This document shows positions 51,530 to 61,300 of a stretch of 64,000 nt of DNA, piece by piece (the first letter of the stretch is position 1; the number at the start of each line of letters is the position of its first letter). Source of the DNA: Candidatus Micrarchaeota archaeon (GTDB taxonomy: Archaea > Micrarchaeota > Micrarchaeia > Anstonellales > Bilamarchaeaceae). A model generated the notes under the pieces. It searched no databases. It was not told the origin of the DNA and saw only the letters and a list, made by a program, of their open reading frames with translations. A program made the translations under genes and the position numbers. The stretch lies in the NCBI GenBank assembly GCA_023129075.1, contig JAGMCT010000013.1, positions 42,538-106,537 of the forward strand, in the 5' to 3' direction.

Positions 51530-51902
51530 AACTTATCAAACCTTCCGGGTCTTCCCTCTGCACTACTCTGAACACCATTTCCACTCCATCCCCTATCTTA
51601 ATGTCTTTTTTTCTTACATCAACAATCTGCGCTGTGCATCTTGCTCCTTCCTCCAACTCAACTACTGCAAGAACATAAGGAATCTGGTCTTCCAGACCCT
51701 CGGGAGCAGAATGAATCTCAGTAAGAGAATAAATTCTTCCCTTTCCTGAAAATTTATAAGGAACAATCCTGCCCTTTCTCCTGCATTTCCTGCATATCCT
51801 TCTTGCAGGAAAATAATATGAATCACAGGTTTCACAATGTGTTCCCTCTAATCTATATCTCTCAGGAATTCTTCTCCAATGCAACGCTATTGAACCCTTC
51901 AT
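51501..51902 (-). CDS. DUF35 Zn-ribbon/OB-fold scaffold of the thiolase-HMG-CoA synthase complex
   Basis: C..C...FP.R..C..C, PYVLAVVELEEG and YGFKF. Confidence 0.92.
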   Translation of the reverse strand: MKGSIALHWRRIPERYRLEGTHCETCDSYYFPARRICRKCRRKGRIVPYKFSGKGRIYSLTEIHSAPEGLEDQIPYVLAVVELEEGARCTAQIVDVRKKDIKIGDGVEMVFRVVQREDPEGLISYGFKFRKLH

Positions 51903-51904
51903 TA

Positions 51905-53065
51905 TTATAGCCTCCTGTAAAGATGAACAACTGCAGTTGCCCCGCTTCCGCCTACATTATGCGTCAGTCCTACTTCCACATCCTTAACCTGCCTTCCTTC
52001 TGCTTCACCCCTTAACTGCCAGGTTATCTCAACCGCCTGTTTTACTCCTGTTGCACCAACGGGATGGCCTGCTGCCTTCAAACCGCCACTTGTATTAATC
52101 ACAACATCTCCTCCAAAAGTAGTTCTTCCTTCAAGAGTTGCCTTTCCCCCTTCTCCTTTCTTAAAGAAACCTAAATCCTCTATGGCCATTATCTCTGCAA
52201 TAGTAAAGCAGTCATGCACCTCTGCAACCTGGATATCCTTTGGACCCAACCCTGTTTTTTTGTATGCTGCCTTAGAGGCAATCTCAGCAGCTTTTATTCC
52301 GGTTAAACTGCTTCTGTCATGCAAAGCAAGCGTATCAGTTGCCTGGTCTGTAGCAAGAAGCTCTATTGGTTTTTTAGAATAGCTCTCTGCTGTTTCTACA
52401 GGTGCAAGCACAAGAGCGGCAGCCCCATCTGTAATAGGGGAGCAGTCAAACATTTTCAATGGGTCTGCAACCATCTTTGAGTTCAGAACTGTTTCCATTG
52501 TTATCTCTTTTTGAAATTGTGCATAAGGATTCTTTGCTCCATGTTTGTGATTCTTTACTGCAGCTGATGCAAGCATTTCTTCTGTTGTTCCATATTCATG
52601 CATATGTCTTTTTGCCATCAGAGCGTAAAGACCTGGGAAGGTAGCGCCAAGGAAAAGCTCCCATTCCTGGTCTCCTGCACCTCCAAGAATCCTGCTTACT
52701 GCTGCTGTTCCAAGGTCATTCATCTTCTCAACCCCCCCTATGACAACAATATCATGAATTCCTGATGCAACGGCCATTATTCCCTGCCTTAAAGCAAGAG
52801 CTCCGGAAGCGCATGCACCCTCAACCCTTGTAATAGGAACAGGGTTTAAACCCATATAATCAGCAATAAGAGCACCTGCATGCTCCTGCCCAATTAGGCT
52901 GCCAGGGGCCATCGTCCCTACATAACCTGCAGAAATCTCATTTCCTGAAAGCCCCGCATCCTTTAATGCATTCAATCCTGCTTCTGTTACAAGGTCCCTG
53001 AAACCCTTATCCCAGTGCTCGCCAAACCTTGTCATTCCTACTCCTATTATTGCAACCTGCCTCAT
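51905..53065 (-). CDS. Acetoacetyl-CoA thiolase (archaeal type)
   Basis: [32 protein letters not shown] and HNVGG. Confidence 0.95.
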   Translation of the reverse strand: MRQVAIIGVGMTRFGEHWDKGFRDLVTEAGLNALKDAGLSGNEISAGYVGTMAPGSLIGQEHAGALIADYMGLNPVPITRVEGACASGALALRQGIMAVASGIHDIVVIGGVEKMNDLGTAAVSRILGGAGDQEWELFLGATFPGLYALMAKRHMHEYGTTEEMLASAAVKNHKHGAKNPYAQFQKEITMETVLNSKMVADPLKMFDCSPITDGAAALVLAPVETAESYSKKPIELLATDQATDTLALHDRSSLTGIKAAEIASKAAYKKTGLGPKDIQVAEVHDCFTIAEIMAIEDLGFFKKGEGGKATLEGRTTFGGDVVINTSGGLKAAGHPVGATGVKQAVEITWQLRGEAEGRQVKDVEVGLTHNVGGSGATAVVHLYRRL

Positions 53066-53067
53066 AA

Positions 53068-54108
53068 TTACAACCCTTTCAACTTTCTTCTGTATTTCGC
53101 ATAAACCGCGTAACTCACATATTCTTTATTATCAATGAAATAGGACAAATTCTCTGCGTTTTCCCTTTTCCTTATGTTCTCAGTAACCTTAAGAGAAAAT
53201 GCATCGCTTCCTGCCCCGCTTCCAAAAGAACTAATGAATATTCTCTCCCCCTCCTTTGCCTTATCCAGTACATTTGCAAGACCAAGAGGAACAGCAGCAG
53301 AATAGGCGTTTCCTATATAAGGAACAACAAGGCCGTCAGTTATTTTTTCCTGCGGAATGCCCATTCTTTTTGCAAGTGTCTTTGGAAATTTTGCATTCGG
53401 CTGATGGAAAACAAAATAATCATAATCCTCTATTGTTCTATTTAACTTCTTCAAAAGAGCATCAGCAGCGCTTCTCACATGCCTGAAATAAGCCGGCTCT
53501 CCGGTAAATCTTCCCCCATGAGAAGGAAAATCAGCCTTTGGCCTTCTCCAGAAATCAGGAGTATCTGTTGTAAAGGAACAGGTATCCTCTATTATTGCAA
53601 GGGATTCCTCATCCTTTCCGATTAGGTATGCTCCTGCTCCTGCTGCAGCTGAGTATTCAAGAGCATCAGCAGGTCTTCCCTGGGCTGTATCAGAACCAAT
53701 TGCCATTCCGTATTCTACCATACTGCTTCCAACCAATCCCATACATATCTGAATCCCTGCGGTTCCTGCCTTGCATGCAAACTCCAAATCCGCGGCAGTT
53801 AAGTCCGGCACTGCATCAATAGCTTCTGCAACAATGGTTGCAGTAGGTTTAACAGCATAGGGGTGGGATTCGCTTCCAACATAAAGAGCACCTATCTTCT
53901 TTGGATCTATTTCTGCCCTTTTCAATGCAATCTTTGCTGCAACAACCGCCATGGTTGCTGAATCCTCATCTATTGCAGGCACACTCTTCTCATTTATTCC
54001 AAGGCCTGATTTAATTCTCTCTGCATCCTCCCCCCATACCTCTGCAATCTCCTCTGTCTTTATCCTGTATTTGGGAACATATGCCCCATATCCTATTATT
54101 CCAGCCAT
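53068..54108 (-). CDS. Hydroxymethylglutaryl-CoA synthase (archaeal type)
   Basis: [24 protein letters not shown] and SFGSGAG. Confidence 0.95.
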   Translation of the reverse strand: MAGIIGYGAYVPKYRIKTEEIAEVWGEDAERIKSGLGINEKSVPAIDEDSATMAVVAAKIALKRAEIDPKKIGALYVGSESHPYAVKPTATIVAEAIDAVPDLTAADLEFACKAGTAGIQICMGLVGSSMVEYGMAIGSDTAQGRPADALEYSAAAGAGAYLIGKDEESLAIIEDTCSFTTDTPDFWRRPKADFPSHGGRFTGEPAYFRHVRSAADALLKKLNRTIEDYDYFVFHQPNAKFPKTLAKRMGIPQEKITDGLVVPYIGNAYSAAVPLGLANVLDKAKEGERIFISSFGSGAGSDAFSLKVTENIRKRENAENLSYFIDNKEYVSYAVYAKYRRKLKGL

Positions 54109-54185
54109 GTTTTTCCCTCAGTGAATAAAGAAATTATTTATCAGAATAGATTTAAAAATCAATCTAACAGAACTACGTTGATTGT

Positions 54186-54869
54186 CTAAATTTTATTCAG
54201 AACGTCCTTTATCTTACTTATCTCCTTCTTTGTAATAATAAGTGGAATCCTTTCCTTTTCCGAAAGCTTTATCGCAAGCTTGTCTGCTTCCTTCAATCCA
54301 TGCAGAACCACTGCCACAGGCTTGGAAGGGCTTACCCTTATAACCACCATTGGACTCCTTCCTGAAGAAACCCCTGTAAAAATCATTACCTTCCCATTCA
54401 TGTTGCTGTATATTCCTGTAAGAAAATTGTGCGGCATTTCAAGGATTACCTTCAAACTGTCAACCAATGTATATCCATATATCTTCTTTTCCTTTACTAC
54501 ATCTTCATTGGTTATTACCTTTCCGCCTATCAAATCTATGAAATCAGAAAGGAGGAGACCTCTTGCAAACTCATGAACCTCAAAAAAGCTTTCTGTAGGC
54601 TCTGAACCTTCAAGCAGTTTCTGTGTAATAAAACCTCCTTTTTTCATATCAATCTCAAAAAGGGCGTTCACAAATCTGCTTATGATTGCGGTTCCCGGGG
54701 ATTTCCTTCTGTTGCTCTCATAATCACTTATTGTTGAGACGGTTATACCAAGATATTCAGCAAGCTCGGATTGAGTAATACTGAAGAGTTCTCTCCATTT
54801 CTTCATTGTGGAGCCAGGGTCTGAAGAAAGGGTTATTTCTCCGGCAAGCCTGAGCTTTAACTTTTCCAT
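54186..54869 (-). CDS. XRE-family HTH transcriptional regulator (conserved archaeal type)
   Basis: AGEITLS..PG..MKKWR, ISDYESNRRKSPG and TGVSSGRSPMV. Confidence 0.88.
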   Translation of the reverse strand: MEKLKLRLAGEITLSSDPGSTMKKWRELFSITQSELAEYLGITVSTISDYESNRRKSPGTAIISRFVNALFEIDMKKGGFITQKLLEGSEPTESFFEVHEFARGLLLSDFIDLIGGKVITNEDVVKEKKIYGYTLVDSLKVILEMPHNFLTGIYSNMNGKVMIFTGVSSGRSPMVVIRVSPSKPVAVVLHGLKEADKLAIKLSEKERIPLIITKKEISKIKDVLNKI

Positions 54870-54904
54870 ATTTTTACCTTAATTGGGATATATTTAAAGT
54901 CTTT

Positions 54905-55216
54905 CTAAAGCCGTTCTGCAAGAAGGGAAAAGTATTCCTTTGCATCCTCAAGTGTTTTCCTTCCTTTCTTTGTCATTTTGTAATACTTTCTTTTTTCTTC
55001 CATCTCAGAACTTATGAGCTTCTCATCTTCCAATCTATTAAGTACAATATATATCATTACCCTGCTTGGCCTGAAAAAGAATTCCTGCTCTATTTCTTCA
55101 GGAAGGTTGTAAGCGTATATCTTTCCTCTTTCCTTTATTAAAGAGAGTAAATAGAGCCATAAGTTCTCTATGGTCAAGTGCCTTTTCAGTCTTCTTATTG
55201 GTCTTACTTCCTGCAT
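54905..55216 (-). CDS. PadR-family transcriptional regulator
   Basis: LWLYLLSL...YAY, IY.VL.RLE..LI and RKYYKMT.KG. The likely start is MQEV at 55216. Confidence 0.85.
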   Translation of the reverse strand: MQEVRPIRRLKRHLTIENLWLYLLSLIKERGKIYAYNLPEEIEQEFFFRPSRVMIYIVLNRLEDEKLISSEMEEKRKYYKMTKKGRKTLEDAKEYFSLLAERL

Positions 55217-55221
55217 AAAAA

Positions 55222-58200
55222 TCACGCTTTGGGTTTTTTCTTCCTTGAAGCCCACTTCTTGAGGGGTGTTCTTGGGAGTGATCTAGACTTCACAATACTT
55301 GTCTTTTTTCTTTCCTTTGCCCTCTCTCCAGGACCACGACTAATAAACTTCTGAAAATCAGTAGTTAAAGCATTCTCTTTTTTATTTTTCTTTTCCTCTA
55401 TAGTTTCTAATGCCTTACCCATTGCTTTGCTGTCTGTTCCATCAATAAAGGGTTTTACATCAGTATAAAGCTCAAAGCCTTCCTTTGTAACTTTGCTTAA
55501 TGTTTTTTGCCTGTTCCCTGCATCCTCAAGTTTTAGATTGGTCTGTTCTCTTAAAGTTTTTATACTGTCCATCTCTACTCCTATTGCTCTTTTTCTGTCA
55601 GTGTTAATCTTTTCTTTCAACTCCTTATTTAGTGAATTTTCTCTTTCTTTTAATGCATACAAGTCCCCCCTTGCTTTAATCACATCTCCTGCTGCATTGT
55701 CTCTGGCTTTGTCTCTAGCTGTTTCAAACTTCTTAAATTCTCCATACTCCTTTCTTAATCCGGCCTTAGTTTCCTGAAGGGTTAATTCCGTTTTGAGAGG
55801 ATTATAGTCAATGACTCCTTCCTTTGTTTCAAAGCAGGATGCTTGCATATATGCCCTATTATATTGTTTGTAATCAGAAAACCTCTTTTCATTCTTAGAA
55901 GCAAACTTGAAACTATCATCCATGTATTCCTTTGCTCTTGCAGCAGAAACCGATTCAGTAAGACGGGGAGATTCCACCAGAGCTTTTAAAGCAACAACGT
56001 TGGCACTCTTTGCTCCAACTGGTATCTCTTCGTATCTTTTAACTGCTTCTATAACAGCCACTGCACCTAAATTTTTAGAAATCCTGCCTGCTTCTGTTTT
56101 ATAGGTTTTTATATCAGAATGATTTGCAACATCGCTGAACTTAGAAGAAAGCAGTATTGAAGCAGCGGCATAATTATTGAATTTAGTTTGTTCAATTTGT
56201 GGTGCACTAACCTTTTCATTAAGAGCGATTGAAGGAGCGCTTGTTATTGCAGTATGAAACCATTTCTCTCCAGCCTTGGTTTTACCCTCTGCAAAATTCT
56301 GTTTCGCCATCATAAGTGAATAATCAGTATAGGCTGTCTGTTTCTTCAGACTCACAGTAGGAGAGCTTACAAATTTCTTTATTTCTGCTGGTTTTGCTGA
56401 AAAATCCTTGCCTAATGTTTCGGTGTAGGAAACACCTTTTAACCCTGAATCCACCAGAGCTTTTTCTACATTTTCTGTTTTCCCAACCCCAAAAACTCCA
56501 TAATCAGTTGCATATGGTTTCCTTTCTGCTTCTCCTGCACCTACAAATCCTTTTATTATATTGTCATCCATCCCGGAGGTCATACCCTTAACTGAATTAA
56601 AATCCGAAACAAAATTTTTCGCCCCTCCTTTTTCCCCATAACCAATATTCTTCATTTCAACTTTGCCAATTTCCTTCATTTCTCCTGTTCCAGGGTTAAA
56701 CACCTGCACCACTGTTTCTTGCATTGGATTTCCTTTTTTATCCTTAATAACTTCTCCTTTTTTATTAACGACATCACGAGTAACAACGCTTGCAGTGACG
56801 CCTGAAAGTTCAGAAATTGCGGATACTCCTGATCCTTTGACAATGGCTGCAGAATGCTCATAAAGACTGGTTGCTGCATTTAGTCTTGTAGCTTTATATC
56901 CATCATATGCTCTACTGTCAGCAGATGAAGACATATCAAACTCTACCGTATTCCCTGTAATTGTATTCGTTATTATTGCTTTCACAACTTCTCCTTTTTC
57001 ATTCTTTTCTTCTTCAACCTCTTGTCTTGCATACATGGCATTCCTTGCATATACTTCTTTCAGGCTTTCTTTTTTCTGTGTTCCTCTAAATAAACCCATT
57101 TGTTTTCCTAAGAAAACCAATCCGCCGATATTAGAAGATTGTGCTATATTGCCGATAATCGAACTGGAACTCCTATACGCATCTGTATCCGTTCCCTTGG
57201 CTCGTGCACCCTTTATTATTCCTTTTGCCTCCATAATCGCTCCAATCCCTGTTATTGATTTAACAAGGTTTACGAATCCCTGTCCTGTAAAAATCTTTCC
57301 AGTTAAGATTGCATCTCCAACTGCTTTAGCAGGCATTCCTCCTGTCATACCTGCTTCCTTTCCTGCCATAGCCGCTGCCTTTGCGTCTTTCCCTGAACCT
57401 CCTCCTTTACCCTTTGCTGCTTTTACAGCTTCTCCAAGTGTTTTCTCTGCATCAACAGCTGCAGCTCCGGTTGCTTTTGCAAGACCTGCCTTCATTGCTG
57501 CAGAAGCAATGTTCACAGCACTAAATGACATACCTCGCCCTCTTATTGCTCTTCTTGAACCCATAGAAAACTTCGGGCCTCTGAAATCAAAGCCTGCAAA
57601 AGGATTCCTTCCCAACATGAACATGCCCCCTGCAAGCAAACCAAACAAGAGAAGTATGGGGAGACAGAATGCCATCTCTATATCAGATTTAGGAAGTTGA
57701 GCGACCTTTTCATAGGGAAAATTTACTGTTGTGGGAAAGAGAGCAGGTTCTACTCCTTCAACAAGTGCTATCTCAGGCCAGCCCGCATCAACATAATTCT
57801 TGCATGCAGGTATACTATCCAAGGTTGCCATTGGCTGCTGCAGGCAGGCTTCTATCATGCAATCAACAGATACATTAGTACAGCAAAAAATAAACTTAAA
57901 AGTGCATCCATCTTCAATACAATAATCAAGGTCAGAGAAATCAAAAACTGCTTTTCCATCTTCATTAGTATGCATCTTGCATCGGTGCCTCTTCTTTGCA
58001 TCCCTATCAATTACAACTGCAAAGATTGTTGCCTCCTCAACAGGTCTTCTTACTCCTGATTTCTCCTGTGCAAGTATTACTTCTATCTTATATATATCCT
58101 TCTCTGCACTTATGTTGCTCACAGGCATCATAAATGGAATATCCGACAAAGGGTCGGGACAGCCTTCGCACGGACTGTATTCAAATGTTGCAAGCCAGTC

Positions 58201-58314
58201 AGTCAGAGGAAGATTTGGTGTTTCAATATATTGCATATGGGGGGGAATAGTGCTTTGAAACTCTTGTGCAAACGAAAAGGAAAACAACAAGAGAAATAAA
58301 ATCCAGAATCTCAT
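55222..58314 (-). CDS. Large single-pass membrane protein (Cys-containing ectodomain, long cytoplasmic coiled-coil region)
   Basis: Signal peptide, TM helix CLPILLLFGLLAGGMFML followed by GRNPF, then Gly/Ala-rich and coiled-coil regions. Confidence 0.8.
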   Translation of the reverse strand: MRFWILFLLLFSFSFAQEFQSTIPPHMQYIETPNLPLTDWLATFEYSPCEGCPDPLSDIPFMMPVSNISAEKDIYKIEVILAQEKSGVRRPVEEATIFAVVIDRDAKKRHRCKMHTNEDGKAVFDFSDLDYCIEDGCTFKFIFCCTNVSVDCMIEACLQQPMATLDSIPACKNYVDAGWPEIALVEGVEPALFPTTVNFPYEKVAQLPKSDIEMAFCLPILLLFGLLAGGMFMLGRNPFAGFDFRGPKFSMGSRRAIRGRGMSFSAVNIASAAMKAGLAKATGAAAVDAEKTLGEAVKAAKGKGGGSGKDAKAAAMAGKEAGMTGGMPAKAVGDAILTGKIFTGQGFVNLVKSITGIGAIMEAKGIIKGARAKGTDTDAYRSSSSIIGNIAQSSNIGGLVFLGKQMGLFRGTQKKESLKEVYARNAMYARQEVEEEKNEKGEVVKAIITNTITGNTVEFDMSSSADSRAYDGYKATRLNAATSLYEHSAAIVKGSGVSAISELSGVTASVVTRDVVNKKGEVIKDKKGNPMQETVVQVFNPGTGEMKEIGKVEMKNIGYGEKGGAKNFVSDFNSVKGMTSGMDDNIIKGFVGAGEAERKPYATDYGVFGVGKTENVEKALVDSGLKGVSYTETLGKDFSAKPAEIKKFVSSPTVSLKKQTAYTDYSLMMAKQNFAEGKTKAGEKWFHTAITSAPSIALNEKVSAPQIEQTKFNNYAAASILLSSKFSDVANHSDIKTYKTEAGRISKNLGAVAVIEAVKRYEEIPVGAKSANVVALKALVESPRLTESVSAARAKEYMDDSFKFASKNEKRFSDYKQYNRAYMQASCFETKEGVIDYNPLKTELTLQETKAGLRKEYGEFKKFETARDKARDNAAGDVIKARGDLYALKERENSLNKELKEKINTDRKRAIGVEMDSIKTLREQTNLKLEDAGNRQKTLSKVTKEGFELYTDVKPFIDGTDSKAMGKALETIEEKKNKKENALTTDFQKFISRGPGERAKERKKTSIVKSRSLPRTPLKKWASRKKKPKA

Positions 58315-58376
58315 AAATGAAATACTATATTATACTTTAAAAATCTAACTATATCTATGGTATTATTATTCCAACC

Positions 58377-61300
58377 CTAAGGTTGTACATGTACCGGTTC
58401 TGTGTAAATACATCGACCACACTTTTCACTCCACAGAGAAATCCCAGGACATTCATCGCTTGGAACAAGGCACTCCTGAAAATCCTCATACCAATAATTG
58501 CCCTCGCCACAGTATGTCAGGACATTGACGCACTCCTGTGTTTCTTCAACCCATCCTTCATTGGAAGAACAGGCCGTTCCTGAGGCTACGCATTCATCGC
58601 CAACCTTGACTTCACCGACTTTGCATCCATTATCCAGAATACATGCATATTCTTCTTCCTTATATTCTCCAAAATCACAAATACATTCCTCCAAATCAGC
58701 ATCCCAGTAAGCTCCATGTCCACATATTGCTTCTTCAAAAGGAGCACATGTCTGAGTTTCGCTGTCCCATTCCTCCCCAAGTTCGCAGATACTTTCGCAT
58801 TCTCCTGTATCTGGATTAAATTCCTCTCCTTCTCCGCATTCTTCTGTTGATGGAATGCATTCTCCTGTAACAGGGTCTAATTCCTGTCCCTGCGGACAGA
58901 CGCTCTCGACTTCGCATTTATAATAATACCAGAAACCAGCACGTTTTGGCTCAAAACCCTCAGGACAAAACATAAGACATTTGCCATCAACAGAATCAAA
59001 CCTATGATAGTTAGAAATACTCTCACAGTCCTCAGGAGAATAAATATATATATCCGAGTAACTTCCATCCTTCTCACATATTATTCTAGTCGTACAAACC
59101 TGAATAGAATCACAGTCAAACAATTTACAAGAACCAGCGTAGATATCAAAGAAAGAATATTTGGGGGGTCTATGCATACTACATCCATAAACATCAACAC
59201 ACTCTGTTTTATCCGAGCTCCAGATATAACCTTCCTTACATCTATGCTCACCACCTACACAACCACATACGTCTTCATCCCAAGAATACTCTCCAGTGCA
59301 GGGAATTACGCACATTTTCTTCCCCTTGCACATTACACTAACTTCACCAGCTGCACAAGTTACAGGGGCCTTTGGACAATTCAGGCATTTGCAGGAAATT
59401 GTTCTTTTTGTTATGGGTATCTCAAACCCGCATATCTCTGGGTCCAGGTCCACAGTACCGCAGTCAGCAAGGTCGCTCCCATCCTTAGGAAATATTATTG
59501 CTTCCGGAGCATAGAAATCCGATGGAAGTGTTTTGAAAGAATAATTTTTAAGCGAACAAGGAATGGTCTCATATTTTCCCTCTATGCTCCCTACATAATC
59601 CGCATAAAGGTCCATATTATCCTGGTCTATCTCTACATTCACCTGCTCTATTGTTCCATCCTCATAAGTAATGGAGCATTTAAGCTCAACAGAGTCAAGT
59701 GTGCATGTATCTTCCGTGAGGCAGTTATCAGGCCATTTAACATTAGAACCTTTCTTATATCCCTCACAAAAGGGTCCGACACCGTTGAACTGTCCATTGC
59801 AAAGACCAGAGTCATCAAACACTGTACAAGGGATACATGGACACTTCTCAGCTATCCCTACTTTTTGGGTAAATGTTCGGTATTTATAGCCTACAAAAAG
59901 GCGTGATGCTGCATAGACATCATCAAAAGGTCCATCATCCAATTTATAAACATTAAAAGGCCCATCTCCTATATCTCTTTTCACTAAACTTGAATCAAAT
60001 TCTGTTTCCCATTGCTCATACACAAAACCGAAATTTCCGCTTCTCACAAGATTCTGGGTATTTTCAGATAAATACTGTGCATACTCTCCTCCCGGATCAG
60101 GAGATGCTCCTTCTAAAAGAAGTATGTTCGGCTTTCCGAATAACCTTAGAAGTTCTCTTCCAACCCCTAAATGTGCTTTGTAAAACTCTTCAGGTAGACC
60201 ACCATAGTAAAAATGGTCTGGACAAGCAGCTACTTCTATGAAATCAACTGCTTCAATTAATTCAGTATTACACATGGAGTCAGGAACCGAGCATGGTTTC
60301 TCTTCAGTATTTTCAAACAAAATAGAAACATCCCTTATAATACTTTTGGCATAGCGTTCACTAGGAGTTAAATCTACCTGGCCATCTAAACTTACTGTAT
60401 ATATTTGCACCCCAACCAAACACTTAGGACATAACCTCCTTATCTTTGAGGAAGCATCTATTACACGTTGCTTAAGGTCGGCATCCATAACATTATTGGA
60501 ATCAAAATACGCAACTATATAAACGATGGGACCTTGGTTTTTTATTCTCCTAACTATGGATTCAAAGGGTTTTTCAGGGACATAAGATCCTCCTAATTCT
60601 TCCTTAGCCCATTCAGGAAAATCGTTATAATTCTCAAGACCACGGCAACCCTGCAGGCACTCCTTCAGGCACTCAGTTGGAGAAGATAGAGGATTATCCT
60701 CACAGAAAATATCACAGGAAATATCACAGAAATCCTTACAGTAAGGAGCATGTTCATCCCTTGAAGTTGAAAAATCCTCATAAAACTCATTAGCAGAGAT
60801 ATCCACAACAGGAAGAACTCCTCTCTGGAGATATTCCTTTATTTTATCTCTTAAATAAAGAGAATCCGGAACCCCCATAGACCAGCTGGTAAGCCCTATC
60901 CATGACCTATATTCCGTTGGGTCATCCAATTTTGGAACACGGCAGACAGGTATGAACTCCTCATCCATACCCGGGATCACCATCAAGGGATAATGCCCAA
61001 ATTCATCAGTAGGACAATTAAATAAATTAGGAGAAGAAGGTTTTACTTCTTCTCTTGCTAGATTTACAAAACTGCATGATTCACACCATCCAAAGCGGTG
61101 GAGTTCAAGGCCAGTAAACAGGTTCATATAACAATCCCCAATTTTATATTTATTCAACTCTGTAACAAAGGAATCGGTAGTAGGAACTGCAACTGTTGCC
61201 CAAGGAGAGTATGCTTTACAGCTCAGGTCATCATTGTGTTCAACACAAAAATATTCAGGATCATTAAAATTATTCTGACACCACGCTCCAGCATCTGCGG

